Shown one piece after another: positions 6,463-13,497 of a stretch of DNA of 15,131 bases (position 1 is the stretch's first letter; every line of letters begins with the position of its first letter). The translations under genes and the position numbers were made by a program. The notes beneath the pieces are model-generated. The model ran no database searches, was not told the DNA's origin, and worked only from the letters and a program-made list of their open reading frames with translations. Source of the stretch: Myxococcota bacterium (lineage in GTDB: Bacteria > Myxococcota > JACRCW01); contig JBFMGU010000257.1 of NCBI GenBank assembly GCA_040752415.1, positions 1 to 15,131 of the forward strand. Reading direction: 5' to 3'.

Positions 6463-7557
6463 TCAGCGCGAGCGACGGCGCAGGCCCATGAACACCAGCA
6501 GGCCCAGGGCCAGGCCCACCGGCGCCCACAGCCAGGGCGGGGGACCCTTCTTGCCGTCCTGCACCGCGGCGGCCTCGGCTTCCTCGTCGGCGCTGAGCTG
6601 GATGACCAGGCTCTCGAACGAGGCGCGCAGCATGGGACGCAGGTGCGCCAGGTGCTGCGAGTTGACCAGCGTCTGCACCATGATGCCCGGCTGCGTGCCG
6701 TTGTTGATGTACGCGTACACCATGGTGGGCGGAGGCAGCGCGCCCTCGGGGAGCTTCTCCAGCGGCTTGAGCTGCAGCTCACTGATGACGGCGGGCCGAC
6801 CGCCCAGCGTCACCTCCACCGGCGTGGTGGGCAGGACCTCCATGCCCATGAGCTGCCAGCGCGGGCGGACGTTCTTGACCACCTTCTTCATCTCGTCGGC
6901 CTGCCCGGCAATGGGACCGGCCACGTAGCCCACGCGCATGGACCCGCCCAGGATGGGGTCGGGCGCCACGAAGCGGCCCAGCTCACCGGGCGGGAGCTCC
7001 CCGCCGTCGACGGAGGCGCGGGGTTGCTGGAAGTCCCAGCCCATGGGCGGCCGCAAGGAGAAGCGACCATCCGGGCTGGTCCAGCGCTCGTCCAGGGCGC
7101 TCTCCGCGGCCTTCTTCACGTCCTCCGCCTTCACTTCCGGCGCGGGCTGCCACGGGATGTTCTCCTCACGCGTGCCCATGCCGTGCGGGTTCATGGGTGA
7201 GCCTTCCATCTCGGGGAGGTCGGGCTGCCCCTGGCCGGGCAGGACGGCACCGGGAGGTGCGCCCACCGGTCCCTGCGGAGCGCCGTGGGGACTTGCACCC
7301 GGTCCGGGAGGAGCGCCGTGCGGGCTGCCGCCGGGTCCCGGTGGAGCGCCGTGCGGGCTGCCGGGCGCGCCGCCGGCGGGCGGATGGCCCGGGGGCATGG
7401 CGGTGTTGGGGTGGCCGGGCGGTGGTCCGCCGCTGGGGATGCGCAGCTGGTCGGCGGGAACGGGCTGGCTGCCGCCCTTGGGGGCCTGGGCACGCGTGGA
7501 CGGAGCCACGAGGACAACGGCGAGCGCGAAGAGGAACGGACAGGAGCGACGATGCAT
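6463..7557 (-). CDS. Secreted/surface protein: signal peptide, Pro/Gly/His-rich repeats, PsbP/DcrB-like domain, C-terminal TM plus Arg anchor (364 aa)
   Basis: MHRRSCPFLFALAVVLVAPSTRAQA signal peptide. PPGHP and (SPHGAPPGPG)-type repeats. WTSPDGRFSLRPPMGW resembles the start of a PsbP-like fold. Tail PPPWLWAPVGLALGLLVFMGLRRRSR. Start moved to ATG 7557 because the 7680 start overlaps the DUF2203 gene. Confidence 0.8.
   Translation of the reverse strand: MHRRSCPFLFALAVVLVAPSTRAQAPKGGSQPVPADQLRIPSGGPPPGHPNTAMPPGHPPAGGAPGSPHGAPPGPGGSPHGAPPGPGASPHGAPQGPVGAPPGAVLPGQGQPDLPEMEGSPMNPHGMGTREENIPWQPAPEVKAEDVKKAAESALDERWTSPDGRFSLRPPMGWDFQQPRASVDGGELPPGELGRFVAPDPILGGSMRVGYVAGPIAGQADEMKKVVKNVRPRWQLMGMEVLPTTPVEVTLGGRPAVISELQLKPLEKLPEGALPPPTMVYAYINNGTQPGIMVQTLVNSQHLAHLRPMLRASFESLVIQLSADEEAEAAAVQDGKKGPPPWLWAPVGLALGLLVFMGLRRRSR
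7268..7366 (-). repeat. Three imperfect 33-bp intragenic tandem repeats encoding about 11-aa units (G/A)SPHGAP(P/Q)GP
   Basis: Units at 7268-7300, 7301-7333 and 7334-7366 each begin GGTCC and share the core GGAGCGCCGTG. Confidence 0.85.
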
Positions 7558-7565
7558 GCGGGCAA

Positions 7566-7994
7566 TCAATGGGCCACCGGGACGCCGAACACCGCGGGAT
7601 TCTCGATGGGCTGGCGGGAAGAGAAGCCGCCCTCCGTCGGGTGGAAGTGGGTGATGCGGTCCTCGCCCTCGCGCCAGCACAAGAGCACGGTGCGTCCGTC
7701 AAGCAGCGCGGGGAAGTCGACGAGGAAGGGGTCCAGGCCCTTGACCTGTCCGCCCAGCTCATGGACGCGGTTGATCTCCTCGCCCATCTGCTCACTGAGC
7801 TGCTCGAGGAGCTCGCGGTCCTGCTCGGTGCCGGAGGAGACCAGGCCGCTGCTGGTGCGCGTGCGGGAGGACCGACCCAGCCGTTCCCGCACCGTGTCCG
7901 CCTGCGCCACCAGCGCGCGGATTCGGGCACAGGCCTCGCGCGCCAGCGGAATCAGCGCGTTGGCCTCCTCCAGCGTGTAATGGCGGATGAACAT
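7566..7994 (-). CDS. DUF2203 domain-containing protein (142 aa)
   Basis: RHYTLEEANALIP...LGGQVKGLDPFLVDFPALLDGRTVLLCWREGEDRITHFH..GGFSSRQPI is the DUF2203 signature. Strong SD GAGGAGG precedes ATG 7994. Confidence 0.92.
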   Translation of the reverse strand: MFIRHYTLEEANALIPLAREACARIRALVAQADTVRERLGRSSRTRTSSGLVSSGTEQDRELLEQLSEQMGEEINRVHELGGQVKGLDPFLVDFPALLDGRTVLLCWREGEDRITHFHPTEGGFSSRQPIENPAVFGVPVAH

Positions 7995-8115
7995 CGGCCC
8001 CCTCCTCGGGTGTCCCTGCCGTGTGCCGGCGGGAGAAGGCCCTCCTTTAGCAACCCTCCGCGCCGGCCGCCAAACCCCCTTGCGCCCGAGCCCTGGCCCA
8101 CTGCAGCCTCTCCCC

Positions 8116-8463
8116 ATGACGCGACAACGGCGAAGGACGGGTGGTTGGGCTCGAGGGCTCCTCCTCGGCGTGGTGCTGGGCGCGGTGGCCTGCACCGGCT
8201 CCGCCGCCGACGGTGGGGTGGCCAGCTCCGACGCCGGGACACCGGATGCGGGACCGGAGCCGCGTGCGGAGGGGAGCTGGTGCCTGCCCACCTCGCCGCT
8301 GTGTCGGATCGGGCTGGTGTGCGCGCAGGATTCCGACACCGCGCGCGACGGGGGCGGCCGGTGTCGCGCGTTGTGCAACCTGGGATCCCCCGCGTGCGCC
8401 ACCAACCGGGAATGCGCGCCGCTCCCGGACCGCGACGCGGGCGTGTGCGTGCCCCCGCGCTGA
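8116..8463 (+). CDS. Small Cys-rich lipoprotein (myxobacterial type), 115 aa
   Basis: Basic N-terminus, hydrophobic helix and lipobox (G)AVA-C, a DGG/DAG linker, and a C-terminal domain with 8 Cys. Confidence 0.8.
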   Translation: MTRQRRRTGGWARGLLLGVVLGAVACTGSAADGGVASSDAGTPDAGPEPRAEGSWCLPTSPLCRIGLVCAQDSDTARDGGGRCRALCNLGSPACATNRECAPLPDRDAGVCVPPR

Positions 8464-8496
8464 CGACCACCCCCACGCCGCGTTAGACCTCCCGCC

Positions 8497-8817
8497 ATGG
8501 ACGACCGCACCTACACCGAGCGCACCGAGCAGGCGTTCCGTCGCATTGACGACGCCATGGAGAAGCTGGACCCCGACGACGTGGAGACCGACCACGGCGG
8601 CGGCTACCTGACCTTGAGCTTCCGCGACGGGAGCAAGTGCGTCATCAGCACGCAACGCCCCGTGCGCGAGATCTGGATGGCCGCCGACCGCACCGCGTGG
8701 CACTTCAGCTTTGACGAGGGCGCGGGAGCGTGGGTGGCGAAGAAGACCGGTGAGGAGCTGTACGCCACCGTCGCGCGCGTGGTGGGCGGCAAGACCGGCA
8801 AGCCCATGAGCATCTAG
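8497..8817 (+). CDS. cyaY: Iron donor protein CyaY (bacterial frataxin)
   Basis: 106 aa with an acidic N-terminal helix, GGYLTLSFRDGSKCVISTQRPVREIWMAA and WHF..W...GEEL, matching the frataxin pattern. Confidence 0.95.
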   Translation: MDDRTYTERTEQAFRRIDDAMEKLDPDDVETDHGGGYLTLSFRDGSKCVISTQRPVREIWMAADRTAWHFSFDEGAGAWVAKKTGEELYATVARVVGGKTGKPMSI

Positions 8818-8903
8818 CCCGTCAAGGTCACCAAGGTTGTTCCCTGCGGGGCGTGCTTGTGATCAACTGCGCGCGCTCGTGAGGGCTGCACCGGAGGCGA
8901 CCG

Positions 8904-11258
8904 ATGGCGCTGGAGTTCAAGCTGGGTCCCAGGCAGGCGGAGGTGGCGGAGAAGGCGCGGGCCTTCCTCCGTGGTGCGGCGCGGCCCCTGCTGGAGGAGC
9001 TGCAGAAGAGCGCCCGGCCCGAGCCACGGAAGGTGGTGGAGCTGCGCACCGCCGCGGGGGATGCCGGCGTGTTGTGCCCGGACGCGCCCGACGCCGCGGG
9101 ACGTTTTGGTCCCCTCCCCGACGCCATGGGTGTGGCGGAGGTGCTGGGCCAGGAGCTGCCGCGCGCCCTCAGCGTGCTGCTCGTCGACGGAACCCCCGCG
9201 CGCCTCCTGGGCGTCAGCGACAAGACCTCCCAGCAGCTCCGCGCCTGCGTACAGGGCGCCCTGCAGGTGGCGTTGCTCGACGTGAGCGCGGCCGGCGTGG
9301 CGCTGGAACGACGACCCGGGGGCGCCTCCCGGCTCAGCGGCGAGGTGCCGGCCATCATGGTGCCGCCGGACTGCCCGCACCTGCTGTTCGTCTTCGAGGA
9401 GCGACAGGACTGGTTGGCCCTGGCGCTGGTCTCCACCACACACGCCCCTTTGCGCACCGACCCGCTCTCCGACCTGCCCATGATCATGGTGCAGGGCCTG
9501 CTGGACGTGGCCGTCCCCGACGAGCAGCTGGTGGGTGAAGCCGCGTTGGAGGTGATCCGCGCACTGGCCGCCGAGGAGCTCATCCGTTCCGCGCGCTCCC
9601 TGGGTGAGGCGCACGGCGCGTTGACGCGGACGGTCTCCCTGCTGGGCTCGCGCAGGCTGCCCCTGGGCGTCGTGGAGCCACTGCTGGCGGAAGCCTCCAC
9701 CGCGCTGCTCCAGGCGCGCACGGCCAACTACGCGGCGGCGGAACGCCTGCAGGACGGCGGTCCCTACACGCTGGTGGGTGAGGAGGTGCGTTTTGCCAAC
9801 ATCAGCGCGGCGCTGGAGGCCCGCAGCGTGGCCCGGCAGGCCCTGCACGGCGCGGCCACGGTGATGGACGCGTGCGTGCGCCTGCAGATGCTGACCGGAG
9901 AGCTGCCCACGGCGGAGCTGCAGGCGGCCTTCCTGGCGTCTCGTCGGGACATTGGCGCGATTGGGAGCGTGGACATCACGCGCACGCCCTGGCACCGGCT
10001 GGGCGACAACCGCATGGGCGCGGTCCCGGCGCTGCGCGGCCGCCTGGCGCCGCAGAAACCCGACTCCCGTCCGCCCGAAGGCGGGGAGAACGGTGAGCGC
10101 AAGAGCTCCACGCCGACGCGCGGCGGGACCCAGCGCATGACGCTGCCGCACGCGGAATGGGGTCCCCTGCCCTTCGTCCCCGACGACGCCCGTCGCGCGC
10201 AGCTGGAGACGCGCAAGCTGGTGGGGGAGGTGCTGTACGCGGCCTCGCCGCACGTCGAGAAGGAAGGCGCGATTCCGGAAGCCACCGTGGAGACGCTGCG
10301 CGGCCGGAGCTGGCCGGGAAGCGCGTTGGTGACGGAGCCGGGCGCGGCGGGGCTGCTGGTGTACCTGACCACGCAGGAGGAGCTGGGACGGGCGCACAGC
10401 GCGTTTGGCGCGTGGCTGGGCGCGTGCGCGGGTGCCGCGGCGCAGGGGCTGTTGCTGGGCGGCCAGGACGGGCTGCGTGGCTCGACGCTGCCAGGGCTGC
10501 AGGCGGGAACCACCGCGGCCACGCTGGCGCTGGGTGAGCACGGGGGGCCGCTGGTGGGCGCGCGCACGGGTGATGAGCTGCTGCGCGTGGAAGGCGGCGC
10601 GCAGGCGTTCTACGCGGGCCCCAGGGCCGACGCGTTCGTGGTGTTGGCGCGCGAGCGGGGCGGGCCGGCGGGCTCCCTGCTGTGGATCAGCCGGGGCCAG
10701 GAGGGCCTGACGGTGACCGAGGCGAACGCGCCGCCGGGGGCCTGCCCGCTCCGTCGGGTGCAGCTCACGTTCAAGGACGCGCTGGTTCCCGCACGCAACA
10801 TCCTGGGCGCGCCCGGCGACGGACCGCTGTTGGCCGAGCGGCTCGTCGACATCGAGCGGCTGGACATGGCGGTGCGGGCGCTGGGCCTGTCCACCCACGC
10901 CCTGGAGCTGTGGCGCGCGGCGCTGACCGGCCGCAAGCCGGGGACGCTCCTGGCGCAGGCGCGTCCGCTGGGTCAGCTCTGGGCCCGGCTGGCGCAGGCG
11001 CGCGCGCTGCTCTGGAGCACGGCGGTGCGGGTGGCGGTGGGGGAGCGTCGCCCGTCGGAGACCGCCGCGGTGAAGCTGGCCGCCACCGAGCTGTGCACGC
11101 AGATCCTGGACCAGGTGGTGGCCGGCGCGGGCTCCGAGACGCTTGCCGCGGGCTCCCCACTCGTCGACGGGGTGCGCGCGGGACGGGCGTGGCAGACGCT
11201 GGGCGGCTCCGTGGAGTCCCTGCGCCAGGCCCTGGCCGCCGACGCGCTGGCGGGCTGA
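8904..11258 (+). CDS. Tandem two-module acyl-CoA dehydrogenase-like protein, strongly degenerate (784 aa)
   Basis: SD GGAGG before the ATG. Module 1 begins EFKLGPRQAEVAEKARAF. Module 2 (from about M412) has EELGR, ADAFVVLAR, LTFKDALVPARNILGAPGDG, DIERL..A..ALG and AAVKLAATE. A disordered linker joins them. Confidence 0.85.
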   Translation: MALEFKLGPRQAEVAEKARAFLRGAARPLLEELQKSARPEPRKVVELRTAAGDAGVLCPDAPDAAGRFGPLPDAMGVAEVLGQELPRALSVLLVDGTPARLLGVSDKTSQQLRACVQGALQVALLDVSAAGVALERRPGGASRLSGEVPAIMVPPDCPHLLFVFEERQDWLALALVSTTHAPLRTDPLSDLPMIMVQGLLDVAVPDEQLVGEAALEVIRALAAEELIRSARSLGEAHGALTRTVSLLGSRRLPLGVVEPLLAEASTALLQARTANYAAAERLQDGGPYTLVGEEVRFANISAALEARSVARQALHGAATVMDACVRLQMLTGELPTAELQAAFLASRRDIGAIGSVDITRTPWHRLGDNRMGAVPALRGRLAPQKPDSRPPEGGENGERKSSTPTRGGTQRMTLPHAEWGPLPFVPDDARRAQLETRKLVGEVLYAASPHVEKEGAIPEATVETLRGRSWPGSALVTEPGAAGLLVYLTTQEELGRAHSAFGAWLGACAGAAAQGLLLGGQDGLRGSTLPGLQAGTTAATLALGEHGGPLVGARTGDELLRVEGGAQAFYAGPRADAFVVLARERGGPAGSLLWISRGQEGLTVTEANAPPGACPLRRVQLTFKDALVPARNILGAPGDGPLLAERLVDIERLDMAVRALGLSTHALELWRAALTGRKPGTLLAQARPLGQLWARLAQARALLWSTAVRVAVGERRPSETAAVKLAATELCTQILDQVVAGAGSETLAAGSPLVDGVRAGRAWQTLGGSVESLRQALAADALAG

Positions 11259-11262
11259 CCGC

Positions 11263-12120
11263 TCACGACGTCATTCGCGCCTTCAGCGTCTCCAGCGCCT
11301 CCGTCCAGCGGCGCTTGAGCGCCTCCCGCTTGGCCACCGACGGCAGGCGCCCGTGCCACACCCGCACCACGCAGCGGTCCTCTCCGCGCGCCGCGAAGGC
11401 GATCTCCAGGCTCCCCGCGTCGTCGCCCTCGAGGTGCATCCGGTAGGTGCGACCAAGCTCCTTGTCCGCCACCGTGGCGGCCTTCATGGCCTCGGCCACC
11501 GCGCTGCGCAGCGCTGCGTCCTTGAGCCAACCGGCGCGCTTGCGGGCGTCCTTCCATGCGGCCTCGGCGTCGTGGGGGGAGCCGGGCATGGTGCGCTCCA
11601 GGACCATGAGGTGGCCGCGCGGCTTCTTGCCCTTCTCCGCCGACGTGCGCGGCGCGCTCAGCGGTCGACGGGGCGGGCGCTCCACGTGCTCCTGCAGCCC
11701 GCAACGGTAGGCCTCCGCCAGCCACGCCTTCAGCTCGGTGTCGACGTCATCCGGCGTGGTCAGGCGCACATAGTAGGCGTGGTTGTGACGGGAGAAGGAG
11801 TCCACGCGCGCAAAGCGCGGGCTCTCGATGCGGCGCGGCAGGATGAACGCGGCCTCCACGTACGTGCGGTGCACGCGCGCGCCGCCAAAGTGCATGCGGG
11901 TCTGGAACGCAATGCGGGTCTTCTGCGCGTTGACCAGGAAGTGCCCGTTCTCCCGCACCGCCTCCTCGAAGCAGCGGTAGGTCTCCTGCACCTCGGGCAG
12001 CGCGCGCTCCAGGTGCTCCGCCACCGTGCGCAGCGGTCCGCAGGTGTGCGGCTGGTTGCGGTTGGCAAAGGGTCGCTGGCAGCGCGGGCAATGCCACAGC
12101 GGGCGGAGGGTGCCGGCCAT
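11263..12120 (-). CDS. DUF5655-domain protein with an N-terminal CxxC..HxC motif and a C-terminal SRPBCC/AHSA1-like domain (285 aa)
   Basis: LWHCPRCQRPFANRNQPHTC, then KTRIAF...VRLTTPDDVDTELKAWLAEAY (DUF5655/YjbR-like). The C-terminus has LERTMPGSPHDAEAAW...VVRVWHGRLP...RRWTEALETLK. Start set at ATG 12120, 7 nt after the SirB1 stop. Confidence 0.8.
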   Translation of the reverse strand: MAGTLRPLWHCPRCQRPFANRNQPHTCGPLRTVAEHLERALPEVQETYRCFEEAVRENGHFLVNAQKTRIAFQTRMHFGGARVHRTYVEAAFILPRRIESPRFARVDSFSRHNHAYYVRLTTPDDVDTELKAWLAEAYRCGLQEHVERPPRRPLSAPRTSAEKGKKPRGHLMVLERTMPGSPHDAEAAWKDARKRAGWLKDAALRSAVAEAMKAATVADKELGRTYRMHLEGDDAGSLEIAFAARGEDRCVVRVWHGRLPSVAKREALKRRWTEALETLKARMTS

Positions 12121-12127
12121 GCGGGGC

Positions 12128-12991
12128 TCACTGCACGTTGAATCCGTGCTGGCGCAGCGCGCTGACGGTGCGACGGATGTCCGCTGCGTCGGACGCGGTG
12201 GGGGACAGGGCCAGGTAACGCTCCAGCTGGCGCACCGCGCTGCCGGGCTCATCCACGCGCGCCAGGAGCAGCCCGTGGTCGCGGATCTCGCCGGGCTCGT
12301 CGGGGGTGAGCACCAGGATGCGTTCCTGCGCCAGGATGGCGCGCGACCAGTCGTCACGGTCCGTGTACGTGGCCTTCAGGTTCCGCAGCATGCGCACCAG
12401 GATGCCCAGCACCGGTGCCGGCGCCAGCAGGGAAGGCACCAGGCCCGCGCCCTTCCCCGCCACCTTGGCCAGCAGCTCGGAGAGGTCGGCCACGCCCAGG
12501 ATGCTGCCGCCGCCAAAGCTGTCCACGACGACAAAGCTGCCCGGCGCCGCCGGATCCTCCACGCGCGCCAGGAAGTGACCGGGAAACGCCACGCCGTGCG
12601 CGGTCAGCCCCACGCGCGCCGCCACCTCCAGGAACAGCACGCTCAGCGAGATGGGCAGCCCCAGCCGACGGTCCACCACCTCGTTGAGGAAGCTGTTGCG
12701 CGGGTCGCCGTAGTCGTCGCGATTGCCGCGCAGGCCCACCTCCCGGAAGAGCACGTGGCAGACGCTTGCCAGGAGCGCGGGGGTGCGCGGGACGTCGTGG
12801 ATGGTCTGGCCGCGGGCGCGCGCGGCGCGGGCCCAGGCGTCCAGCTGTCCCTGGATCGACGAGAGACGCAGCTCCGGGTACTCCGGCGCGGCAATCTGGA
12901 CCGCGGCCTCCAGCAGGTCGGGTTGGGCCCGCCCCAGGACCACGTCCCGGAACGCCTCCACGTGCGCCTCACGCTCTTGTCCCGCGCCCAT
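12128..12991 (-). CDS. SirB1/YchA family protein (Transglut_core2 plus C-terminal TPR)
   Basis: GLRGNRDDYGDPRNSFLNEVVDRRLGLPISLSVLFLEVA, GVAFPGHFL, ILVRMLRNLK and EIRDHGLL...LERYL are family signatures. Confidence 0.93.
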   Translation of the reverse strand: MGAGQEREAHVEAFRDVVLGRAQPDLLEAAVQIAAPEYPELRLSSIQGQLDAWARAARARGQTIHDVPRTPALLASVCHVLFREVGLRGNRDDYGDPRNSFLNEVVDRRLGLPISLSVLFLEVAARVGLTAHGVAFPGHFLARVEDPAAPGSFVVVDSFGGGSILGVADLSELLAKVAGKGAGLVPSLLAPAPVLGILVRMLRNLKATYTDRDDWSRAILAQERILVLTPDEPGEIRDHGLLLARVDEPGSAVRQLERYLALSPTASDAADIRRTVSALRQHGFNVQ

Positions 12992-13146
12992 CCGCCGCTC
13001 CCAGCTGGCGCCCCGCGGCCGGTGAGGTCGGGAGGCCGGCGGGAGGATGTCACGCTCGGGGCGTGGGGGCCATGACCGGTGCGCGCGGGACGCCGAGATG
13101 TGCTTTGATGGGCCCGTCCCCAGACGCTCAACCGAAGGAACAACCC

Positions 13147-13488
13147 ATGCGCATCCCCGTCCTCGTGGCCGCCCTGTCCCTGGCCCTCCCGCTCCTCACC
13201 GCCGGCGCCGACGTGGCGCACGCCAAGGAGAAGAAGGCCGCGCCCGCCAAGAAGGAAGGCATGATCACCTGGAAGGTGGCGCCGGAGAGCGTGGTGATCT
13301 TCGTCGACGGGAAGAAGGTGGGTACCGCGGGCACCGCCAAGCCGCACAAGGTCAAGCCGGGCCAGCACCTCATCAAGCTGGTGTGGGGCAAGGATGAGGC
13401 GGAAGAGCCCATCGACGTGCCCGCCGGTCAGAGCGTGGAGTTCCAGTACACCTTCGAGGATTCCGGCAAGCCGCAGCCCGCCGAGTGA
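13147..13488 (+). CDS. Small secreted PEGA-domain protein (113 aa)
   Basis: SD GAAGGA before ATG 13147, a signal peptide ending VAHA, and VAPESVVIFVDGKKVG...VKPGQHLIKL as the PEGA-like pattern. Confidence 0.85.
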   Translation: MRIPVLVAALSLALPLLTAGADVAHAKEKKAAPAKKEGMITWKVAPESVVIFVDGKKVGTAGTAKPHKVKPGQHLIKLVWGKDEAEEPIDVPAGQSVEFQYTFEDSGKPQPAE

Positions 13489-13497
13489 GGTGCGGGC

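Noticed and set aside
7268..7366. 33-bp repeats as a mini-CRISPR or DGR repeat
   Set aside because: They are contiguous, in-frame coding repeats with no spacers, no adenine-specific variation and no reverse transcriptase nearby.
8497..8817. Fe-S cluster (isc/suf) operon around cyaY
   Set aside because: No iscS/iscU/hscAB/suf genes are in the window. A stand-alone cyaY is normal.
8853..8866. FNR/CRP-like site (GTGCT-N4-ATCAA) and a nearby CAAGGT direct repeat upstream of the ACAD gene
   Set aside because: Only one half-site matches well, which is too weak without comparative data.
10319..10352. SALVTEPGAAG as the ACAD FAD-binding ALTEPxAGSD motif
   Set aside because: By position it falls in the N-terminal helical domain (the usual PEEYGG region, just before EELGR). 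The true motif position reads ALGEHGGPLV.
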